Assembly: GCA_037447605.1 (NCBI GenBank)
Contig: CM074815.1
Coordinates: forward strand, 434,001-498,000
DNA: 64,000 nucleotides
DNA from: Zygnema circumcarinatum SAG 698-1b
Lineage: Eukaryota; Plantae; Zygnematophyceae
Direction: 5' to 3'
The notes beneath the pieces are model-generated. The model was not told the origin of the DNA, made no database searches, and was given only the letters and a program-made list of their open reading frames with translations. Numbering within the stretch: position 1 is the first letter of the stretch; every line of letters begins with the position of its first letter. This document shows, one piece after another, positions 1-9,959 of the stretch. The position numbers and the translations under genes are program-made.

Positions 1-832
1 CAGGAACGGAAAGGGTCAAACGGAAACAGTAACGGAACACAGTAATGGAAAGGGTCAAACGGAAACAGTAACGGAAACAGTAACGGAAATAGTAACGGAA
101 ACAGTAACGGAAAGTAACGGAACACAGTAACGGAAAGGGTCAAACGGAAACAGTAACGGAAACAGTAACGGGAAGGGTCAAACGGAAACAGTAACGGAAC
201 ACAGTAACGGAAAGGGTCAAACGGAAACAGTAACGGAAACAGTAACGGGAAGGGTCAAACGGAAACAGTTACGGAACACAGTAACGGAAAGGGTCAAACG
301 GAAACAGTAATGGAACACAGTAACGGGAAGGGTCAAACGGAAACAGTAACGGAAACAGTAACGGAAAGGGTCAAACGGAAACAGTAACGGAACACAATAA
401 CGGGAAGGGTCAAACGGAAACAGTAACGGAAACAGTAACAGAACACAGTAACGGAAAGGGTCAAACGGAAACAGTAACGGAAACAGTAACGGAAACAGTA
501 ACGGAAACAGTAACGGAAATAGTAACGGAACACAGTAACGGGAACAGTAACGGAAATAGTAACGGAAACGGTAACGGAGAGGGTCAAACGGAAACAGTAA
601 CGGAAATAGTAACGGAACACAGTAACGGAAAGGGTCAAACGGAAACAGTAACGGAAACAGTAACGGAAATAGTAACGGAAACAGTAACGGAAAGGGTCAA
701 ACGGAAACAGAAACGGAAACAGTAACGGAAACAGTAACGGAAAGGGTCAAACGGAAACAGTAACGGAAATAGTAACGGAAACAGTAACGGCGAGGGTCAA
801 ACGGAAACAGAAACGGAAACAGTAACGGAAAG
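1..832. repeat. Variant-unit minisatellite (GGAAACAGTAAC 12-mer interspersed with GGAAAGGGTCAAAC 14-mer), probably inside an ALDH22A1 intron
   Basis: Both units repeat dozens of times in irregular order up to about 832. The array runs off the left edge of the window. Confidence 0.95.
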
Positions 833-946
833 GGTCATAGGAGATTGTGGCGTTATAAGGTCTTTATGGTTTGCTTTGGACCAAAAAAAATCGCTTTCTT
901 GTTTTATTTATTTTTTTTTCTGAAAAAAAAAAAAGAACTCGTTTAC

Positions 947-3183
947 CTGCGTTCCGGTCGGAGCCACTTCTCTCCCTCGCTGAGAAGCCACGAAATCTTT
1001 TCGCAGGTCGTGAAAATTTCTCCGAATTCGGCATCAATTTTTGTTTTTCCCGAGTCCTGGGCAGCCACACTGCAACTCGAAAAAAAAAAAAAAAGCAACA
1101 ACAACGTAAAACATTGACATTTTAAAACCCTAAAGTTAATCCCACTGTTGGGAGTTTAGGGTTTCAAAAACCCTAACACCCTGAAATCCCAATTAAGCTC
1201 GATCCCTACAAAAACCCAATAGACTCCAGAATTTAAAACCCTAATTTTGAATGTACGGCCAAAACCCAAAATCTGACGCATCAGATGTTGACCTAAAACT
1301 CTAAAATCGGTATCTCCCAAACAAGGAGTATATATATATATACATATATAAATAAACGTATAATGTATGAAGGGAACCGGGGGGGGGGGGGGGGGGGGGG
1401 NNNNNNNNNNACCGTACTGGCAAATAGTCTCCTGATTGTTGACAATATACTTTTGAAGAATTTTTAAAAATTTTCTCCGCTGCGAAAATGGGCTCAAAGC
1501 CCAAATTTTCTGCGCCTCTCGAGCCAGCCGCACGTGCTCCCTCACCTGCCCGCCCGGAAAAACAAAAAAAATAAAAAACATCGCAGAAATAATTACTTTC
1601 ACGCCCTTCCCCTCAATTGAAAAGGAAAAAACGAAACTCCACCTTCGGTTTGTCAATTTCCTGCAAGTCCCACTTTCCATCAACACACATTCTTGCTTCT
1701 GACTGACTGACTGACTGACTGACTAACTTGGTCGGGTGCGAGCGCGGGCACGAATCCGAGGTAGCGCATCGACGCGGGGTCGTAGCACTGCACGCGGTCG
1801 CCCAATAGGGGGCCGCGCCGGGGGATCTGGACACAACACACAAGGTATATATACACCCCATTTGTACCCGATTAGGGGAGGGAGGGCCAATTGCACTATA
1901 CTATACACCCCATTTGTACCCAATTAGGGGAGGGAGGGCCAATTGCACTATACTATACACCCCATTTGTACCCAATTAGGGGAGGGAGGGCCAATTGCAC
2001 TATACTATACACCCCATTTGTACCCAATTAGGGGAGGGAGGGCCCAATTGCACTATACACCCCATTTGTACCCAATTAGGGGAGGAGGGCCCAATTGCAC
2101 TATATACCCCAATGGTACCCACTTAGGGGAGGTCCCAATTGCACTATATACCCCATTTCTACCCAATGAGGGGAGGGCCCAATTGCACTGTATACCCCGT
2201 TTGTACCCAATTGTACCCAATTGTATCCCAGATATGGTATGGCCCAATTGCATCCCAATTGTAGTATGGCCCATTAAGGGCTTATGCCCCCATTATACCC
2301 CAATTGTCCCTGAAGTATGGCCCAATTACGGCCCGTTTGTCCCCCAATCATCCCAATTTGGGCCAATTGTACCCCAAAAAATGAATGAATACGAAATGAA
2401 ATATAAGCCATTTCGGGTTATGACTGTCGCTCTTTAGAAAATAGATTAATTCATCGGGTTTTGGAGGTTGCACGGATTTTAAACTTTCCTGAAGTTGCCT
2501 TCACTCTATGAGAAAAGAGAGCAAGAGAGAGAGGGGAGAGAGAGAGAGCGGGGGATGGAGGAGAGAGAGACAGAAGGGAAGGAAGAGCGAGAGAGGGGAG
2601 GGGAGAAAGCGAGAGAGAGGGAGAGAGGGAGAAAGAGAGAGGGGAGGAGAGAGAGTAGTAATTCCAAGAACGCTAGTTTTAAGAATCAGTACACACCAAA
2701 GTGGCGTAAGGGCCAAACATATGAGCAGAGTCTCACATAGATGTACCGATTCTCCACCGTCATCTCTGCCTCAACTGCGGCACAAAAAAAGAGATTCAGA
2801 CAATCGAAAAGCGATACCGGTAGCCCTAAAAATAAAATAAAAAAACCCTTTAATTCTGTCGGAAGTCGATTAAACAAATGCAAAATTTGAGTACTTCATT
2901 ACCAGAAAAAAATTATAAAATCTGGTCATTATTTTAAAAAAAAAAAGGGGGAAGGTCTAACCCTAAACTGCTTCAAAATTCGTACGTATTTTCCGTTTCC
3001 GTGCAACTGTTTTCCGTACGTCTGCCGGCTTTCCGTACCTTTTGGAGGGTCCACGTGGAGCAGCGGCACCGCCTCCTCGAGGAGCCACGTCGCGAGCAGC
3101 CACGTGGCTGCCAGCAAGCCGGCCAATAGCGCGGCGCCAGCTGGCAGCCAGAGCAGCAGCTCCCACAGCCCATTCTCCACCAT
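947..3183 (-). CDS. ALDH22A1: Aldehyde dehydrogenase family 22, 5' part; gene continues left of the window
   Basis: Exons 3183-3039, 2774-2737, 1826-1728, 1545-1418 and 1069-947 have GT-AG ends and consistent phases. They encode a hydrophobic N-terminal anchor, then [59 protein letters not shown] and [35 protein letters not shown]. These match the plant ALDH22A1 N-terminus as I recall it ([38 protein letters not shown]). Confidence 0.9.
1850..2380. repeat. 52-bp intronic minisatellite (TACACCCCATTTGTACCCAATTAGGGGAGGGAGGGCCAATTGCACTATAC) decaying rightwards
   Basis: TTTGTA(CC) recurs at 1861, 1913, 1965 and 2017, a 52-nt period. Copies degenerate after about 2150. Confidence 0.9.
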
Positions 3184-3199
3184 GGCAGACCCGCCGAAA

Positions 3200-3515
3200 C
3201 CCTCAACCCTAAACCCTAAACCTGCAAACCAGGAAACTGCAAACCCTAGTTTTTCGAAAATCATCCGCCGCCCTCCGCCTCAGGGTTCAGAGACCTCAAA
3301 GTTTACCCCTAAGCTTCTTCTTAGCCTTGGGCTTACTTCTATATTCCCTAAACCCTGAACCTAAACCCTAAAACCCTAAACTCAACCCTAAACCATAAAC
3401 CCTGAAAACTAAACCCTGAACCTAAACCATGAAGCCTTAAACCCTGAAACCTAAAACCTAATACTTAAAACCTAAAATCCTAAAACTTAAAACACTAAAA
3501 CCTAAATTCTGAAGC
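3200..3515. repeat. Degenerate telomere-like (CCCTAAA)n tract just upstream of the ALDH22A1 start
   Basis: Many AAACCCTAAA and variant units are visible. Confidence 0.8.
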
Positions 3516-4279
3516 CTGTAACCAACCGTACCAGTGAGAGATTTGAACCGTGGAAACGCACTCCTGACAAAGTTGAGTTAGTGTCTTTATCGAAGAGTCA
3601 GACATGTGCCGTACGCTCTATTGGTCCCACATTTCACGGAACAAATCTGATTGGTTCTTGACAAAAGTACAGTAGCCGTTGACCCCATAAAACCCGGGCA
3701 TCAATTGACTTCATCAATAAAGACATGACATTATATAGGGCTCAACTGTCACGTCACGGGACTGCCGTTTCTGTGTCCACCGTGCGGCGTAAACGGGCCA
3801 GACACACAAAGAAACCGCCAGAGCCATCAGAGTCGGAGAACCTTATCCGTACATTAAAGGTACGGCAGATCATCCGTACGGTATCTCATCGACGGACGGG
3901 GCGGGACAAACGGACGATCGGGCGGATACAAGCATACTCCCACGTGGCAAGATGTGTGTCTAACCCGAATTGAACGCAGAATCCATGTAAGAAATTTGTA
4001 AAATTAGATCTGCTGTTTTTAGGTACGGACACGGCGGCAGCAAACGAGTGAAAGGACAAGTCATTCGTACGGCCGTACAGTGAAAAATGTACAGCTGACT
4101 GACTAAATGACTAACCAAGCCCTAGCCAGAACTAAGTTCTCGCTGACTGGGAGCATGGAAGCACGCTCGGAGACGCGTGTGTGTACAGATGAAAATGAAA
4201 CAATAGGTTTTTTTTTTTTTTTTTTTTTTTNNNNNNNNNNGGGAAAGAGAGAGAGAAAGAGAGAGAGAACCTTTAATAG

Positions 4280-4950
4280 AACTCCTATAACTTAACTCCC
4301 AAAGACTCCCCACCTCGACCACAAACCCTAAACCCTATACTCTTTACCCCTAACCCTAACCGTACCCCTAAACCATAATCCCTAACCCTAATCCTACACC
4401 TAACCCTAAACCTTAAACTCTCAACCCTAAACCGCGTGTCCTTACCCCAAACCCTAATCCTAACCTTAAACCCTAAACCCAAACCCTAACTCCTAAATCC
4501 TTAAACCCTAAACCCGAAACCCTGAACCCTGACTCTTTACCCCAAACCCTAATCCTAACCCTAAACCATAAACCCTAAACCTGAAACCCTAAACCTGAAA
4601 CCCTAAACCTGAAACCCTAAACCCCTAAACCCTAACCCTAATTCTAAACACTACCCCTCAACCCCTAACCCTAAAACCCTAAACCCTAACCCCAGAACCC
4701 TAGTCCCTAACCCTAACCCTAAAAACTACCCCTAAACCCCTAACCCTATGACCCTAAACCCTAACCCTAAACACTAACCCTAAATCCTAAACCCTAAACC
4801 CCAAACTCTAAACCCTAAACCTTAAACCCCAAACCCCAAACCCCAAACCCTAAACCCTAAACCCTAAACCCTACACCCTACACCCTACACCCTGCACCCT
4901 AAACCCTAAACCCTAACCCTAAACCCTAAACCCTAACACTAACCCTAATC
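4280..4950. repeat. Interstitial telomere-like (CCCTAAA/CCCTAA)n array, 3' flank of the ClC gene
   Basis: Dense degenerate CCCTAAA units end directly beside the last ClC exon. Confidence 0.9.
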
Positions 4951-4968
4951 CCCGGTGCTGCTGCTCCT

Positions 4969-7011
4969 CTACTCCCCCGCCGCGTGGTCGTAGTCTTCGT
5001 GCTCGAGCTCGACGTCCATCCAGGGGCGCGCCCTCTGCGGCTTTATGAGCTGGAACTTGCGCGTGTTCGTCAGCATCAGGCTCACCAGGGAGGAGGCCAC
5101 CACGGGCTGCAGGACCGCCGCCTGACCTGGTATGTATACATACATACATAGATAGATAGATAGATAGATCCAGGATACAATCGCAGAAAAATACGAAGAT
5201 CAGAAAATTCAGTAAAAAATATAAATGAATAGATAAAGACGACCTGAATTGGACAGATTCAGGTCGATCAAGTTACGAAAATCTGAAGTAAGGTTAAAAT
5301 TTAAACAGCAAATAGAGTCGAACAGAAAGAAACAGGGCATCGAAAGAAGTCGAGGAACAGGAATGGAGGGAAAAACGCAGTCCGTTTTAGGGCTTCAAAG
5401 TTTCAAGGCGGACGACTTGCGGCACAGGGTTTAGGGTGAAGGATTTAAGGTTTAGGGTTTAGAGTGAAGAATTTGAGGGTTTAGGGTGTAGGGTTAAGGA
5501 TTTAAGGTTCAGGGTTTAGAGTGAAGGATTTAAGGGTTTAAGGTTTAGGGTTAAGGATTTAAGGGTTTAGGGTTTAGAGTTAAGAATTTAAGGGTTTAGG
5601 GTTAAGGATTTAAGGGTTTAGGGTTTAAAGTTTGGGTTTAAGGGTTAAGGGTTTAGGGTTAAGGACTTAAGGTTTAGGGTTGAAGGGTTTTGGGTTTAGG
5701 AGTAAGGGTTTAGGCTTAGGGTTTGGGGTTTAGGGTTTAGGGTCTACGACTTAGTGTCCGGCAGGCGGGTTTACCGGAGAGCGCTGCGAGGATGAGCGCG
5801 GTGCCGAAGGGCGTGCGAGTGATGGCGACGTCGAGGGAGGCCGCCACGCACATGGTCGCGATGCTCACCTCCAGGAAGGGCAGCCACAGCTGCAGGGGGA
5901 GAGGAGGGAAACATGAGATATGCAGGAGAGAGAGAGAGAAGAGAAGATGGGAGGGGAAGCCACAAAGAAGGAGGAAGGGGAAGGGTCTGAGGTATAGGAA
6001 GGCATTAGTCCTCTCTGCCTACGTCACTCCATCCCTCCTCCCTTTCCTCTCTCCCTTCGCCCCCCGTCCTCCCTCCCTCCCTCCATCCCTCCCTCCCTCC
6101 CTCCCTCCCTCCCTCCCACTTTCCCTCTCTTCCGACTTCCTCACCCCCCCTCCCACCTCCCTGCTTCCTTCCCCCCCTCCCTCTCCCTCCAGCACTCCAA
6201 CCCGCCTCCATCCCTCCTTCCCTCTGCTTCCTCCTCCTATCCACCTTCCTTTCCCTCGCCCTCGCACCCCTTCCCTCTCTCCCTCCCTCCCTCCCGCTAC
6301 CTCCCCACTTCCTCTGTCACGGCCCCTCTATTATCCTCACCACTTAAAAAAAAATAGGGGAGGAGGAAGGGGGGGGGGGGGAGAAAAATCTGAAAAAACG
6401 TACCTGCAGAGCAGACCCGATCGCTGCTCCTGTCAGAAAAAACGGAAAAATAAATCCTCCCCGAAAGCCGCCGTGAATGCTGACGGAAATGGCTACCATC
6501 TTGAGCAGGGCCACCATGAGATTTGCCCATGGATCCGTGAGAGAGTACGGAATCAGTTGCGTTTTGGGCCATATGTGCTTCAGAGGGGTCTCCCCTCTGT
6601 CGATTATTGTTTGGATTTCTGCGGGGGAAAAAGAGGGGTGCAAATGGGGTGTAAACGCTTGTTTGAGAGAGGGGAGAGAGTGAGAAGAGGAGGAGAGGTA
6701 GGAATGGAGGGAAGGAGAGAGATGAGGGGGAGTGCAAGGATTGTCCTTTCTCTCACTTCCTTAATCCACGCCGGTCACACCCTAGCTTCGCATAGCACTA
6801 CAAAAAGTGATCGGGGAGAGACAGAGAGAGAGAGAGAGAAAGAGGGGAGAAGAGCGAATGGCGAGGGGGGAAGAGAGATGGGAAAGAGAGAGAGAGAGAG
6901 AAAGCGGGGAGAGAGAACGGGAGGGACAGTCACAGAGAGTGGAGGAGCCCGAGCGAGAGAAAGAGATCGTGAGCAAGCGAACAAGAAAGAGAGAGAGAGA
7001 GTGTGAGAGAG

Positions 7012-7059
<48 letters not shown>

Positions 7060-9708
7060 TTGTTATTACCCCACTCCCCCCAGAAGAAGGTGTGCGGCGC
7101 GGCCAGGCCCAGCCCCGCCAGCGCGAGGCCTGCCAGCGTGGCGGCGCCGATCTGGCTCCGCTTCAAGCGCGCCGCGTCGACCACCGCGCGGAGGGCCTTG
7201 TGGACCTGCGAACCACGGGTTAGGGTTTAGGGTTTAGGGTTTAGGGGTTAGGGTTTAGGGTTTAGGGTTTAGGGGTTAGGGTTTAGGGTTTAGGAGTTAG
7301 GGTAGAGAGTTTAGGGTTTAGGGTTTAGGGTGGAGGGGTAAGGGTTTAGGCCTAGGGCCCAGGCCCAGGCCCAGGCCCAGGGCCCAGGGCCCAGGCCCAG
7401 GGCCCAGGCCCAGGCCCAGGGCCCAGGGCCCAGGCCCAGGGCCCAGGGCCCAGGGCCCAGGCCCAGGGCCCAGGGCCCAGGCCCAGGGCCCAGGGCCCAG
7501 GGCCCAGGGCCCAGGGCCCAGGGCCAGGGCCTAGGCCTAGGGCCAGGGCCTAGGGCCCAGGCCCAGGCCCAGGCCCAGGCCCAGGCCCAGGGCCCAGGCC
7601 CAGGCCCAGGCCTAGGGCTTAGGGTTTAGGAGTTTAGGGTTTAGGATCCTGAAGGTTCAGGGGTTCAGGGTTTAGGTTTAGGGTTTAGGGTTTAGGGTTT
7701 AGGGTTTAGGGGTTAGGGTTTAGGGTTTAGGAGTTAGGGTAGAGAGTTTAGGGTTTAGGGTTTAGGGTGGAGGGGTAAGGGTTTAGGGTTTAGGGTTTAG
7801 GGGTTAGGGTTTAGGGTTTAGGGTTTAGGGGTTAGGGTTTAGGGTTTAGGAGTTAGGGTAGAGGGTTTAGGGTGGAGGGGTAAGGGTTTAGGGTTTAGGG
7901 TTTAGGGTTTAGGGGTTAGGGTTTAGGGTTTAGGAGTTAGGGTAGAGGGTTTAGGGTTTAGGGTTTAGGGTGGAGGGGTAAGGGTTTAGGGTTTAGGGTT
8001 TAGGGTTTAGGGTTTAGGGGTTAGGGTTTAGGGTTTAGGGTGGAGGGGTAAGGGTTAGGATTTAGGGTTTAGGGGTTAGGGTTTAGGGTTTAGGAGTTAG
8101 GGTAGAGGGTTTAGGGTTTAGGGTTTAGGGTTTAGGGGTTAGGGTTTAGGGTTTAGGGTTTAGGAGTTAGGAGTTTAGGGTTTAGGAGTTAGGAGTAGAG
8201 GTTTAGGGTTTAGGGTTTAGGTTTAGGGGTTAGGAGTTTAGGGTTTAGGGTTTAGGGTTTAGGGTTTAGGGGTTAGGGTTTAGGGTTTAGGGTTTAGGGG
8301 TTAGGGTTTAGGGTTTAGGAGTTAGGGTAGAGGGTTTAGGGTTTAGGGTTTAGGGTGGAGGGGTAAGGGTTAGGATTTAGGGTTTAGGGGTTAGGGTTTA
8401 GGGTTTAGGAGTTAGGGTAGAGGGTTTAGGGTTTAGGGTTTAGGGTTTAGGGGTTAGGGTTTAGGGTTTAGGGTTTAGGGGTTAGGGTTTAGGGTTTAGG
8501 AGTTAGGGTAGAGGGTTTAGGGTTTAGGGTTTAGGGTGGAGGGGTTAGGGTTTAGGGTTTACGATTTTAAGGTTCAGGGGTTTAGGGTTTAGGGTTTAGG
8601 ATCTGAAGGTTCAGGGGTTTAGGGTTTAGGGTTTAGGATCTGAAGGTTCAGGGGTTCAGGGTTTAGGGTTTAGGATCTGAAGGTTCAGGGGTTTAGGGTT
8701 TAGCGTTTAGGATCTGAAGGTTCAGGGGTTTAGGGTTTAGGGTCTGAAGGTTCAGGGATTTAGGGTTTAGGGTTTAGGATCTGACGGTTCAGGGGTTTAG
8801 GGTTTAGGGTTTAGGATCTGAAGGTTCAGGGATTTAGGGTTTAGGGTTTAGGATCTGAAGGCTCAGGGGTTTAGGGTTTAGGGTTTAGGATCTGAAGGTT
8901 CAGGGGTTTAGGGTTTAGGGTTTAGGATCTGAAGGTTCAGGGGTTTAGGGTTTAGGGTTTAGGATCTGAAGGTTCAGGGGTTAGGGTTTAGGGTTTAGGA
9001 TCTGAAGGTTCAGGGGTTTAGGGTTTAGGGTTTAGGATCTGAAGGTTCAGGGGTTTAGGGTTTAGGGTTTAGGATCTGAAGGTTCAGGGATTTAGGGTTT
9101 AGGGTTTAGGATCTGAAGATTCAGGGATTTAGGGTTTAGGGTTTAGGATCTGAAGGTTCAGGGGTTTACAGTTTTGGGGTTAGGGTGTAGGGTTTTGGTT
9201 AAGAGTTTTAGGGTGGTTAGGGTTGATTTTCGGTTGGTCTTGTTTGGTTTTTCAGGGATTTAAGGGGTTGTAGGGTTTTCTTCAGGGTCGTCTTTGGAGT
9301 TTTAATAGTTTTTAGTGCTTTTAAGCGTTTTTCAGATGGTTTTTAGGCCTCCCTGCGGTTCTTTATTTTTTTCTAACAATGACCAAATGACCCAACGAAC
9401 TCGATGTTATTATGATGAAAACCTCCCAAAATGATAAGCTATGTTAACTTTATCAAACGGATATATCTCGATAAAGTCAAGAACCCCCCCACCTTGAGGA
9501 AGACCACGGCTGCCGCCGCCCCCACCGCCCCCAGAGCCGCCCCCTGGACCAGGTGCAGTGCATGGGGCCGGCCCAGGTCCACCTTGAACTCCCAAATCTC
9601 GCCGAGGGGCTCCCCGATCAACACATGGAACAGCGTGCAGCAGATGGTGCCGGAGAACACGGAGTAGCTGATGGCTTCGAAGTATTCCACTCCCATGCGG
9701 TGACCGAC
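4969..9708 (-). CDS. Prokaryote-like ClC (voltage-gated chloride channel family) protein, C-terminal half only; possible 6-nt first exon (ATG CAG) at 13588-13583
   Basis: Exons 9708-9493, 7205-7070, 6618-6404, 5889-5775 and 5126-4969 join in frame, ending at TAG 4971-4969. They contain HRMGVEYFEAI, the ClC motif GGFRGGFIFPFF and AITRTPFGTAL. No CBS domains are present. Confidence 0.8.
5425..5745. repeat. Degenerate (TTTAGGG)n intronic array
   Basis: TTTAGGG, TTAAGGG and GGTTAAGG units fill the intron between ClC exons. Confidence 0.9.
7217..9200. repeat. About 2-kb intronic telomere-derived array: TTTAGGG, a CCCAGG(G) block at 7351-7617, and a 37-bp higher-order unit at about 8600-9165
   Basis: Direct reading. 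GATCTGAAGGTTCAGGGG(TTTAGGG)n recurs with a 37-nt period, for example ATCTGAAG at 8601 and 8638. Confidence 0.95.
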
Positions 9709-9769
9709 CTGCTCATTCATGCAAAGCAGATAATTGGATTGTAGTAAAAGAAAATTGCGTTGGTGGGTT

Positions 9770-9905
9770 TTGAGTTTTTGAAAATTTGAGTTTTGGGTTT
9801 TATGTTTTTAGTTTTGAATCTTGAGTTGCGAGTTTTGAGTTTTGAGTTTTGAGTTTTGAGTTTTGAGTTTTGAGTTTTGAGTTTTGAGTTTTGAGTTTTG
9901 AGTTT
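9770..9905. repeat. (TTTTGAG)n 7-mer microsatellite
   Basis: More than ten near-perfect GAGTTTT units. Confidence 0.9.
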
Positions 9906-9959
9906 GGGGTTTTATCCGGCAGGTCTGGACTAGAAAGTGGACGTGACTGAGAAGGCAGG

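Noticed and set aside
333-638. 101-aa ORF of RYCF/TVSV repeats
   Set aside because: It is a translation of the minisatellite.
5792-7006. 404-aa plus-strand ORF
   Set aside because: It is antisense to ClC exons and runs through low-complexity introns.
8600-9165. CRISPR-like regular 37-bp repeats (also the 52-bp and 84-bp units)
   Set aside because: They are head-to-tail tandem copies with no unique spacers, there are no cas genes, and the context is eukaryotic.
7217-9200. Possible true chromosome end
   Set aside because: The array is degenerate and flanked on both sides by in-frame exons of one gene.
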